Notes under the pieces: generated by a model
Databases searched by the model: none
Seen by the model: the letters and a program-made list of their open reading frames with translations, nothing else
Told to the model about the DNA's origin: nothing
In this document: positions 17,361 through 25,420 of the stretch, piece after piece
Layout of the letters: every line of letters begins with the position of its first letter
Position numbering within the stretch: the stretch's first letter is position 1
Translations under genes and position numbers: made by a program
Assembly: GCF_000025945.1 (NCBI RefSeq)
Contig: NC_006138.1
Location: 3,120,001-3,152,000 of the forward strand
Source of the DNA: Desulfotalea psychrophila LSv54
GTDB lineage: Bacteria; Desulfobacterota; Desulfobulbia; Desulfobulbales; Desulfocapsaceae
Reading direction: 5' to 3'
DNA length: 32,000 nt

Positions 17361-18005
17361 ATGTTACAGCCACAGGTTCCTGTTGCTCGCGAAGGTGTCC
17401 CTTTTATTGGCTTTGCTGCCTTTCTCACCCTTGTTTCAGCAGCGTCAGAGTGTGAAATTTTGACATTTATTTTTTTGCTTGCGACCGCTTTTACTCTCTA
17501 CTTCTTCAGAGATCCAGAGCGTTTTGTCCCCGATGACCCATCGGCACTTATTTCTCCTGCCGACGGCAAGATCATTGTCATTGAAAAGACAGACAAGCAA
17601 GATTTTATCGAAGGCGAAGCGCTCAAGATCTCTATTTTCATGAATGTTTTCAACGTCCATGTCAACCGGGCTCCCATTGCCGGCAAGGTAGATAAAATTA
17701 TCTACACCCCTGGAAAATTTTATTCTGCTGACAGTAGCCAAGGAGCGGAGTATAATGAGAACTGTGGTATTGTATTAACCACCAATTCAGGAAAAAAAAT
17801 CGCCTTTGTCCAGGTTGCAGGCCTCATTGCACGGCGTATTGTGTGCTGGCTAGAACCCAATGACACGATACAGTCTGGCAGACGTGTTGGCCTCATTCGT
17901 TTTGGCTCTCGAGTCGATCTCTATTTACCCACCGATACAGCCCTAAGTGTATCCGTAGGTGACAAGGTTCGAGCTGGTGAGACCATTCTTGGTCAAATAA
18001 TTTAG
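17361..18005 (+). CDS. psd: phosphatidylserine decarboxylase proenzyme (short form)
   Basis: 214 aa with an N-terminal hydrophobic segment, FMNVFNVHVNRAP and the self-cleavage site region IRFGSRVDLYLP (G-S). Confidence 0.85.
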   Translation: MLQPQVPVAREGVPFIGFAAFLTLVSAASECEILTFIFLLATAFTLYFFRDPERFVPDDPSALISPADGKIIVIEKTDKQDFIEGEALKISIFMNVFNVHVNRAPIAGKVDKIIYTPGKFYSADSSQGAEYNENCGIVLTTNSGKKIAFVQVAGLIARRIVCWLEPNDTIQSGRRVGLIRFGSRVDLYLPTDTALSVSVGDKVRAGETILGQII

Positions 18006-18042
18006 TCCTTTCTAATTATTGACTTTAACTAACGGAGTATCT

Positions 18043-18792
18043 ATGTCACATCCACAAGAAGAAATGAGTACTAAATTTTATCTTCTTCCCTGTCTTTTCA
18101 CCCTCAGTAGCCTCTTTTGTGGTTTCTACGCCATACTCTCGGCAACCAAGGGAGAATTTGTTGTTTCGGCAATTGCCATTATCGTGGCCGCCGTTTTCGA
18201 CGGTCTTGACGGCCGAGTTGCCCGTATGACAGGTAAGACAAGTATGTTTGGTGTTGAACTTGACTCACTCTGTGACAATGTCTCTTTTGGTGTTGCTCCA
18301 GGTCTACTCGCCTACTTCTGGGCCCTGCAGCCCTACGGACGCTACGGCTGGTTGGCCGCATTTCTCTATATTGCCACCACCACCCTGCGCCTTGCCCGTT
18401 TTAACTCACAACAGACTGACTCTGTGAATTTTATCGGTCTGCCCTGTCCCGCTGCAGCAGCCATGATCTCTTCAGCTGTCCTCTTTTGCCATAGCCTTGG
18501 CATTGAAGGTCCGGTAAAGCATATATCTCTGCTCTTCTTAGTATATCTGCTTTCCTACCTGATGGTCTCCAACCACAGCTACTGTAGCTTCAAAAAAATG
18601 CAGCATAAAGGAAGAACATTTCCGATACTTGTTGGCGCCCTATTGCTCTTCATCCTTGTAGCTGCTGAGCCACAGATAATGTTTTTTGCAATCTTTGTTC
18701 TCTATATTGCCTCTGGAATGGCCACCGATTTATGGAAATGGGCCCAAAAAAGCTCTCTTGGCCATAAGCTCACAAATAAATCAAAACAATAG
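18043..18792 (+). CDS. pssA: CDP-diacylglycerol--serine O-phosphatidyltransferase
   Basis: It carries the CDP-alcohol phosphatidyltransferase motif DGLDGRVAR-x8-G-x-ELDSLCD and is multi-TM. The ATG at 18043 has ACGGAG 6 nt upstream. The psd-pssA pairing supports the call. Confidence 0.85.
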   Translation: MSHPQEEMSTKFYLLPCLFTLSSLFCGFYAILSATKGEFVVSAIAIIVAAVFDGLDGRVARMTGKTSMFGVELDSLCDNVSFGVAPGLLAYFWALQPYGRYGWLAAFLYIATTTLRLARFNSQQTDSVNFIGLPCPAAAAMISSAVLFCHSLGIEGPVKHISLLFLVYLLSYLMVSNHSYCSFKKMQHKGRTFPILVGALLLFILVAAEPQIMFFAIFVLYIASGMATDLWKWAQKSSLGHKLTNKSKQ

Positions 18793-18817
18793 TTCCCTCT
18801 ATCCAAATAGGTTCACC

Positions 18818-19390
18818 TTGAGAATTATTAGTGGTAATGCGCGTGGCAGAAAATTATTTCCGCCACGCAACAATAGTATTCGCCCCACCTCCGACAGAGC
18901 ACGAGAGGCTCTTTTTTCTATCCTTGGTGAACGTGTAGAAGGTTCCTGTATACTTGATTGCTATGCAGGAACCGGAGCCCTTGGTATTGAAGCCCTCAGC
19001 CGTGGTGCAAAATCCGCAGTTTTTATCGATAACTCTAAAGACTCTTTAGAAAATACCGCAAAAAACATCCAATTAGTCTACCCATATCTTGATTCTCCTA
19101 TGATCAAGGTCATCCAACATAACCTCGCTCAATCTCTTCCTCTGCGTAAGTTAGAGTCGATAAATTTCGGCAAAGCAGATATTATTTTCGCAGACCCTCC
19201 CTATTCCAAGGGTTTAGGCCAACTTTTCCTTGACCAATTGGGAGAAACAAAGTTATTACAATCAACTGGTATTGTTGTAATTGAGGAAAGAGTAAGCGAA
19301 ATATTACCGGAGAAAACCACGAACTTTCTCCTCCAGGAGAGACGCACCTACGGCGAAGCCTCTTTTTGGTTCTATACGCCCCTGCAATAA
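18818..19390 (+). CDS. rsmD: 16S rRNA (guanine966-N2)-methyltransferase
   Basis: (M)RIISGNARGRKL..P....IRPTSDRAREALFSIL and the DPPY motif. The start is assigned to TTG 18818 because the track ORF start (18686) lies inside pssA and homologs start at the RIIGG block. The start codon remains uncertain. Confidence 0.8.
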   Translation: MRIISGNARGRKLFPPRNNSIRPTSDRAREALFSILGERVEGSCILDCYAGTGALGIEALSRGAKSAVFIDNSKDSLENTAKNIQLVYPYLDSPMIKVIQHNLAQSLPLRKLESINFGKADIIFADPPYSKGLGQLFLDQLGETKLLQSTGIVVIEERVSEILPEKTTNFLLQERRTYGEASFWFYTPLQ

Positions 19391-19430
19391 ATTTCGCCGA
19401 TTTACAAATTTATTTTTCACACAAAATATT

Positions 19431-19943
19431 ATGAGTCTGCATACAGAAAACTCCCAACCCTCCATCGGAGTTTACCCAGGTACCTTTGACCCTATCACCA
19501 ATGGTCATATAGACATTATAGAGCGTGCCCTAGCTCTCTTTGACACAGTTATTGTTGCCATTGCCGTAAACGGCCAAAAGCAACCTCTTTTCAGCGGTGA
19601 GGAACGAAAAGAGATGATTGAGAAATGCTTTGAAAAAGAGAAGGGCAGGATAATCGTCAAGATTGTCCCATCTGGACTATTGGTTAATTTTGCCGTAGAA
19701 CAGGGGGCAAGGGCAATTATTCGTGGCCTACGGGCAGTCTCCGATTTTGACTACGAGTTTCAGCTTGCCCTAATGAACAGAAAATTGGTACGGGAGGTAG
19801 AAAGTATCTTTCTTATGACTGCCTTTCGCTGGATATATATCAGCTCGTCCCTAATCAAGGATGTTTCTAAAAACGGCGGTGATATAAGCGATTTAGTTCC
19901 AAAACATGTGGAGAGGTTACTTGAGGAGAAGTATAGGCCCTAA
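19431..19943 (+). CDS. coaD: phosphopantetheine adenylyltransferase
   Basis: GVYPGTFDPITNGHIDII (T/HxGH nucleotidyltransferase motif) and ISSSLIKD near the C-terminus. It forms the conserved rsmD-coaD pair. Confidence 0.95.
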   Translation: MSLHTENSQPSIGVYPGTFDPITNGHIDIIERALALFDTVIVAIAVNGQKQPLFSGEERKEMIEKCFEKEKGRIIVKIVPSGLLVNFAVEQGARAIIRGLRAVSDFDYEFQLALMNRKLVREVESIFLMTAFRWIYISSSLIKDVSKNGGDISDLVPKHVERLLEEKYRP

Positions 19944-19952
19944 AGACCTAGC

Positions 19953-19987
19953 AATGCTGTGGTAGTAGCTACCACAGCATTTTTTTT
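19953..19987 (+). terminator. intrinsic terminator of the psd-pssA-rsmD-coaD unit (shared hairpin with the convergent 812-aa gene)
   Basis: AATGCTGTGGTAG-tag-CTACCACAGCATT forms a perfect 13-bp stem followed by a T-run. The T-run overlaps the TAA stop (19986-19988) of the convergent ORF. Confidence 0.8.
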
Positions 19988-22424
19988 ACCTGCTATTAAT
20001 TTCTGACCGCAATTGGGAAATTTCTTCACCCAGACCATTTCGCAACTCTTCCAACTCTGCTTTAATTGCATTGACCTCTTCCGTAAGCGATAGTTCTCTC
20101 CCAGCCTCCTCTTCCATCGCAGCATAGAGCAACTCATCATTTTCCTTCTGAACAGATAACTCTTCTGCTGGCACAGGGCTTGTGGCAATATCCTCTCCCT
20201 GTTTATCTACGGCACCCATCACAAAATAACGGGAGATAAGGTCCTGTTGCCACTGCAGCACAGCATAGGTCTGCTGACAGAGTATCTCCTCACCAGCACT
20301 GCGGCGAAGGAGACAGCCCTCTTCCATGGATTCAACAAGAGACTGCAGGAGATGATAGGATCGGTCATCGGCCAAGTAGAGGTAACGATCAATATGCTGA
20401 GCAAGGGTGGAGATCAACTGCAAAAATGACTTCAACAAAATATGTTGGGGATTTTTTTGCCTCAGCTCATTTATATCAGCAACCAGACCCTGAGTAATTT
20501 TTTTATCCAGAACAAACCCCAGAGACTCTATATCCCCCTTAAGCGCCAATAGGGAGAGAGGATCTATAGAAGGAGAGGAACTCAACTCAGGCTGCTCTGC
20601 AGCAATAACAAAATCCTGAGGAGTATCTTCTGCCACTTCCTGAAGGACAAGCCCCTCTGTATCCAACCGGGCCATTTCTTTATCCTCTACTGCTCCTACA
20701 GGAAACGCCTCCTCCACAGATGCATCAACCACGCCCATCTCAACCGGGGCAGATTCTTCATCAAGAAAAGAGAGCACTGGATCCAATGCCTTCTCTAAAA
20801 CAAGGTCTGTTGAAGCAACCACCTCCTTATTCTCTGGTAAAGCTAGAGCCGGAGCAACATCGGAAAGGCCTGCAATCGGTTCAAAGAGTGGGACTGTTTT
20901 CTCACCCACAACCTCCTCATCATCCCCTTCAACATCAAGCCCACCAAGAAGTACCTCCCGGTCAACTGAGCTAAAATCTCCACTGGGAAGATCTCCCGCA
21001 AAAAACTCATCCAAGAGAGCTGTGGTCTCAGCAGAGACATCCTTTTCCTCCACCAGTCCTACGGGAGGGAGGTCAGCGGAGATGCCTGTGGGCACAGCCA
21101 CTACAGCTGCGGGAGAAGTTCCTCGCTCAAACTCAGCTGCAGAATCTGGTTTTTCATCAAGAAAGGAGAGCGCAGGAGCCAGGGTTTGCTCCAGGGCAAG
21201 GTCTGTATCCAACTCCTCCACAGGAGATGGCGCAGAAACAATATGAGAGAGGGCGGCAATCGGCTGAGACAAAGCCTCTTCCTCATCATCCTCTGTCCCC
21301 ACGAAAACTCCTTGCAAAGCAGCATCCAGATCAGAATTTGGAGCGGCAGGATCCTCGGCAGAATTCCACTTCTGTTGATCATCGCCTACCTCTTCAGCGA
21401 AAAAACTGTCCAGGCGCTCCGTTAATTCCTCCTCAGCCAAGACACTACTGGTAGCATGCTCATCAAAGCCATGCACCGCGTCAGCAGGCATATCGGCAAA
21501 GGCGGGCAGGATTTCTGCGACCCCAGTAGTTTCCTCAGCAGAGTCCTCCTCAGGCTTATCTGCTCTATCCATATCCAGAGCCTCAGGAGAGAGGGTGGTG
21601 GCTATTTTTTCTTTAAAAAGATTAAACTCCTCAACCTGTTTTAGCAAAATATCCTTTTCTTCTGCACGAGAAAGTGAAGAAAATGCTACTTTTTCCAAGG
21701 TTTCTAAAAAATTATGGAGAATCGTAAAGACTTCGATATCTGCATCACCTGCCTTGTGGGCAATATAGGCAATGAGGGTTCCTATACCCTGAAGCAAGAG
21801 GAGGCAGGGTTTATTTTTCTTAAAGACCCCTTCCAGACGCAAGACCTCTTGCCGTAAATCGGCAAGTTCGCCTATGCTAATCTCCCAGTCCACCCCCATA
21901 ATAAGTGTTTTAAGTCGCTGCAAGACCGAACTATCATTGGAAAAATCACGGCTCTTTTTTGTTCTCTGCCAGGAGACTATATCCTGCTTAAGAGTTTTAA
22001 AAAGCTCAACATCTCCATAGAGTAGCTCTTTTTCCTTTTCGCCACCTATCTCATGGTTTGAAACAATTTTTTCCAGGCTATTAAAAAAATGAGGAAGCAT
22101 GGTGACAGAACGAGGATAAGCGTCTACTTTTTTCTGATATATATACTTACTCATCTGCTCAAGAATCTGCAGATAAACCAGTTTCACCTGGTCTTCAGCC
22201 CACATATCACGCAAGAGAAGAATCTCTTGATTAAACTGAAGAAGGTTTTCATCCGTTATGTCCCAATCAAGAGAAACAACCAAAGATTTCAACTGAGTCA
22301 AAGGTGATTCCGGGGCATAGTTTTTCAATAAGTCAAAGTCATCTTGCTGGTGATAATCAGCAAAATTATCCATGTCTACTGTCAAATCGTCATCGTACTG
22401 CCCTGCCTTAGAATGCTCTACCAT
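19986..22424 (-). CDS. hypothetical hyper-acidic repeat protein (812 aa), third gene of the mglB-mglA operon
   Basis: It is a long uninterrupted ORF whose ATG lies 9 nt after the mglA stop. It contains three copies of a ~110-aa predicted helical module (LKSLVVSLDWDITDENLLQFNQEILLLR / LKTLIMGVDWEISIGELADLRQEVLRLE / LLALKGDIESLGFVLDKKITQGLVADINELRQ). Residues ~281-612 form a D/E-rich segment containing a tandem duplication. The C-terminal heptad-like tail is EEVNAIKAELEELRNGLGEEISQLRSEI. I recognise no family. Confidence 0.8.
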   Translation of the reverse strand: MVEHSKAGQYDDDLTVDMDNFADYHQQDDFDLLKNYAPESPLTQLKSLVVSLDWDITDENLLQFNQEILLLRDMWAEDQVKLVYLQILEQMSKYIYQKKVDAYPRSVTMLPHFFNSLEKIVSNHEIGGEKEKELLYGDVELFKTLKQDIVSWQRTKKSRDFSNDSSVLQRLKTLIMGVDWEISIGELADLRQEVLRLEGVFKKNKPCLLLLQGIGTLIAYIAHKAGDADIEVFTILHNFLETLEKVAFSSLSRAEEKDILLKQVEEFNLFKEKIATTLSPEALDMDRADKPEEDSAEETTGVAEILPAFADMPADAVHGFDEHATSSVLAEEELTERLDSFFAEEVGDDQQKWNSAEDPAAPNSDLDAALQGVFVGTEDDEEEALSQPIAALSHIVSAPSPVEELDTDLALEQTLAPALSFLDEKPDSAAEFERGTSPAAVVAVPTGISADLPPVGLVEEKDVSAETTALLDEFFAGDLPSGDFSSVDREVLLGGLDVEGDDEEVVGEKTVPLFEPIAGLSDVAPALALPENKEVVASTDLVLEKALDPVLSFLDEESAPVEMGVVDASVEEAFPVGAVEDKEMARLDTEGLVLQEVAEDTPQDFVIAAEQPELSSSPSIDPLSLLALKGDIESLGFVLDKKITQGLVADINELRQKNPQHILLKSFLQLISTLAQHIDRYLYLADDRSYHLLQSLVESMEEGCLLRRSAGEEILCQQTYAVLQWQQDLISRYFVMGAVDKQGEDIATSPVPAEELSVQKENDELLYAAMEEEAGRELSLTEEVNAIKAELEELRNGLGEEISQLRSEINSR
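20733..21437 (-). repeat. intragenic tandem duplication (two ~100-codon acidic units, period about 132 codons)
   Basis: Unit 1 (aa ~330-435) reads ..RLDSFFAEE..GTEDDEEEALSQPIAALS..DLALEQTLAPALSFLDEK. Unit 2 (aa ~465-564) reads ..LLDEFFAGD..VEGDDEEVVGEKTVPLFEPIAGLS..DLVLEKALDPVLSFLDEE. The similarity is visible at the DNA level: ttcatcaagaaaGgagagcGcAgga (from 21153) versus ttcatcaagaaaAgagagcAcTgga (from 20757). Confidence 0.7.
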
Positions 22425-22433
22425 AACTGATCT

Positions 22434-23039
22434 CTAAAGTAATTTTTTCTGTATAGAAACCACCGTTGAGGAAATGATTTTCTTCAGGGTTGCTGCCACG
22501 TTATAACCAGTAATTGCACTTGCCTCGAATGAGGGCACCTTAAGCCGGCTATTAAGATCTTGTTCTAGAACAGAAGTTGGTAAAATGGGGATGCCATGTT
22601 GGCCAAGGTCAACCTTGTTATATTGTAAAACAAGGGGAATATCAAAGATATTTTCTTTATACGACTGCAGATTTTCATGCAATTGATTCAGGGATCGAAT
22701 ATTTTTTTCCCGTTGTTTTTCCATTGCATCGGCTACAAAAACGATCCCATCAACACCACGCAGAACAAGCTTCCTCGTGGCATTATACTTCACCTGCCCA
22801 GGTACCGTATAAAGTTGTATTTTTACGTCATAGCCCTTGACCTTACCCATATTAAAGGGCAAAAAATCAAAGAACAGGGTTCTATCGCCATGAGTCTTCA
22901 GGCTGACCATTTCCGATGATATCTGTTTGCGATACGCCTTATTAATATACTCAAGGTTCGTTGTCTTACCACAACGGCCAGGACCATAATAAACAATCTT
23001 GACCTGAACAATTTTCTCTTTTAGGTTAATGAAACTCAA
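22434..23039 (-). CDS. mglA: MglA-family Ras-like small GTPase (gliding/twitching polarity switch)
   Basis: [32 protein letters not shown]...[10 protein letters not shown]...[29 protein letters not shown]...LQYNKVDL is nearly collinear with Myxococcus xanthus MglA as I recall it ([32 protein letters not shown]...). TTG start at 23039 with GGGAGG 6 nt upstream. Confidence 0.88.
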   Translation of the reverse strand: [201 protein letters not shown]

Positions 23040-23092
23040 GATAAACCTCCCACAAATTGTCTCTCCGATTTTAAATATTTCGGTTACGACCT

Positions 23093-23497
23093 CTACTTCT
23101 CCTTAGAACCCCAAATCGTTCTTATCCCCTCAATGACATCAACAACATTAAGCCTTAAAAATCCGAGAGAAATATCTTTACCAAACATACAGATAAGAAG
23201 TAACTCATCATCTATTTTGCTAAAATGAATACTGGAATCCTGACCTTTGTGGAAGAGTAGAGAAAACTCCTGCTCTCCTACAAGTTTCGCCATCGCATCT
23301 ACAGTCGCAAAATTTCCTGCCGCAAGAGCTGCAAAAGAATAAACATCATACTTACTTTCAGTATTATCCTTAGCCGTTATAATATTTCCTGCCATATCAA
23401 TAACTACAACACAGTCGACACCCAAATCAATCAACTTGGTCGTTATTATCTGATCGATTTGCTCAATCTGCTCCTGGCTGACGATCCCATAGTTCAT
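23093..23497 (-). CDS. mglB: Roadblock/LC7-domain protein, MglB-like GAP of MglA
   Basis: 134 aa. VVVIDMAGNIITA...SFAALAAGNFATVDAMAKLVGEQEFSLLFHKGQDSSIHF...LGFLRLNV aligns by eye with M. xanthus MglB (VVFLVDKNGQLIS...SLASLTAGNVAAMGGLAKLIGENEFPNQFHEG..DSLYM...LGLVRLRI). It lies immediately upstream of mglA, as in Myxococcus. Confidence 0.85.
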   Translation of the reverse strand: MNYGIVSQEQIEQIDQIITTKLIDLGVDCVVVIDMAGNIITAKDNTESKYDVYSFAALAAGNFATVDAMAKLVGEQEFSLLFHKGQDSSIHFSKIDDELLLICMFGKDISLGFLRLNVVDVIEGIRTIWGSKEK

Positions 23498-23844
23498 ACA
23501 TTTAACCTCTTTATAAAATATTGATTTCCCTCAATGACTCCACAGACAAGCCTAAGTAAAGCCTTATGAAGGACTCAGCACGGACAAGCCCAAATGATAA
23601 TTTTTCGTCCCCCGAACTCCTGCTTTTCAAGAAGTAACAATACAAAACTTCAGCGACAAGGAGAAAAAGAAGAGCTTTAAATGACCTTCTTCTCATCTGG
23701 GCATCTCAATAATTCCCCAGCCCCTGTTCCACAAAAAGAGCATCGAAAAAATCCTTTCACTCTAAGAAGTAACGAATTAATAATATTCTAACATAGATAA
23801 AAGAAAAACATAGCTACAAAACTCACACAAAACAGAGGTCTCTT

Positions 23845-24657
23845 TTGAAAAAACATAGCCTACCTACTTTACCGAAAGATATTAAGGTAATTGATACTCA
23901 CTGTCATCTCGACATGGACGCCTATCAGGAAGACGGATTTGCCCAGGTCCTGGCCAATGCCCTGCAAAACGGGGTAAGCAAAATCATCACCATTGGTACC
24001 AATCTGGAAAGCTCCATTGCCGCCATCAAACTGGCCCAGGCACACGACAATGTTTTTGCCACCATAGGCGTCCACCCCCACGATGTCGACAGCATGGATC
24101 AGAAGACCTATGAAACACTCACTCAACTGGCCAAAACACATCCTGCCGAGGTCGTTGGCTACGGTGAAATTGGACTTGACTACGCAAAGCTCCATACACC
24201 CGCAGAGCTGCAAAAAGAGCACTTCGCAAAACAACTGGAATTAGCCCAGGAGTTACAGTTACCCGTCAGCATCCACTGCCGGGACGCCCAGGAGGATATG
24301 GTAGAGATATTAAGAGCGATTGCCCCCCTGCCTCAAGGCGGAGTTATTCATTGCTTTTCCGGAGACAAGGCCTTTGCTCATGCTGTCCTTGAACTTGGTT
24401 TTTATATCTCCATTCCAGGAATCATTACATTTAAGAATGCCCAGGAACTACAAGAGGTGTGTCAAATGGTTCCCCTTGAGAGATTGCTCCTTGAAACCGA
24501 CGGACCCTTTCTCGCCCCGGTACCATATCGCGGCAAACGCAATGAACCCGCCTACGTCCTCTACACATTAGAAAAGGTTGCCAATCTACGAGAAATATCT
24601 ATTATTGAAGTTGCCCTACAGACCACCCAAAATGCCCAAAATCTTTTTCACATTTAG
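23845..24657 (+). CDS. TatD-family metal-dependent hydrolase (DNase)
   Basis: VIDTHCHLDM (HxH metal site), GEIGLDY, SIHCRDA, VIHCFSG and ETDGPFLAP motifs. TTG start at 23845 with GAGG 6 nt upstream. Confidence 0.88.
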   Translation: MKKHSLPTLPKDIKVIDTHCHLDMDAYQEDGFAQVLANALQNGVSKIITIGTNLESSIAAIKLAQAHDNVFATIGVHPHDVDSMDQKTYETLTQLAKTHPAEVVGYGEIGLDYAKLHTPAELQKEHFAKQLELAQELQLPVSIHCRDAQEDMVEILRAIAPLPQGGVIHCFSGDKAFAHAVLELGFYISIPGIITFKNAQELQEVCQMVPLERLLLETDGPFLAPVPYRGKRNEPAYVLYTLEKVANLREISIIEVALQTTQNAQNLFHI

Positions 24658-24665
24658 GAGTAGAT

Positions 24666-25355
24666 ATGATTTGCCAAAACATCGCCCAAGTAAAAGAACG
24701 TATTGCTCAAGCTGCAAAAAAAGCAGGTAGAGCCCCGGAAGATATCCAACTGGTCGCTGTCTCCAAGAGGCTTCCCGCAGAGACCGTTCTCCAGGCCATT
24801 GCCTGTGGACAACAGCAATTCGGTGAGAACTACATTCAAGAGGTACAGGAAAAAAAAGAACTTATCGGAGACAAGGCGCGTTTCCATTTCATCGGCAACC
24901 TACAGAGCAACAAGGCAAAAATGGCCGCTACCTACTGTAGCATGGTCGAAACCGTCGATCGCCTTAAGATTGCCAAGGCGCTGAACAAACACTCACTAGA
25001 ATTAGACAAAACACTGGACATCCTGGTCCAGGTAAATATCGGTCAGGATCAGAACAAATCAGGTACAGACAAGGCAGAGGCAGCTGAACTCATCCGCCAA
25101 ATAAACAAACTCCCGGCTCTACGCATCCGTGGCCTGATGACCATCCCCCCCCTGCACAAAGAGCCAGAGGATTCACGACCACATTTTCGCAATTTACGCA
25201 CGCTCGCCGAAAAGTTGGTGTCCGAAAATATTCTCCAGTGCGACGGCAGGGTAGAGCTTTCCATGGGCATGTCAAGCGACTATCATATAGCGATAGAAGA
25301 GGGCGCTACCATCGTCCGGGTAGGAACTGCAATTTTTGGAACCAGAGTAAACTAA
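24666..25355 (+). CDS. yggS: YggS-family pyridoxal-phosphate homeostasis protein
   Basis: 229 aa with LVAVSKRLP (PLP Lys), FGENYIQE, HFIGNLQSNK, RGLMTIPP, LSMGMSSDY and VRVGTAIFG. Confidence 0.9.
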   Translation: MICQNIAQVKERIAQAAKKAGRAPEDIQLVAVSKRLPAETVLQAIACGQQQFGENYIQEVQEKKELIGDKARFHFIGNLQSNKAKMAATYCSMVETVDRLKIAKALNKHSLELDKTLDILVQVNIGQDQNKSGTDKAEAAELIRQINKLPALRIRGLMTIPPLHKEPEDSRPHFRNLRTLAEKLVSENILQCDGRVELSMGMSSDYHIAIEEGATIVRVGTAIFGTRVN

Positions 25356-25391
25356 AAAAAAAGGTCGTATTCCATGAAGAAATACGACCTT
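25354..25391 (-). terminator. intrinsic terminator of the PxxKW gene (hairpin also follows yggS on the + strand)
   Basis: Minus strand reads AAGGTCGTATT-N9-AATACGACCTT followed by T9. The T-run (A-run on +) overlaps the yggS stop. Confidence 0.7.
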
Positions 25392-25420
25392 TACCAAACA
25401 AAAGTGACTGTAAATAAAAT

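Noticed and set aside
18686-18817. rsmD start at 18686
   Set aside because: It would overlap pssA by 107 nt in another frame. RsmD homology begins at the RIISG block (TTG 18818).
20720-21644. Several 60-85-aa + strand ORFs (20720..20974, 21022..21246, 21186..21425, 21227..21454, 21456..21644)
   Set aside because: They are antisense to the GAN-rich acidic region of the 812-aa gene. Such codon composition suppresses stops on the opposite strand, and the products are Pro/Ser/Arg-rich nonsense.
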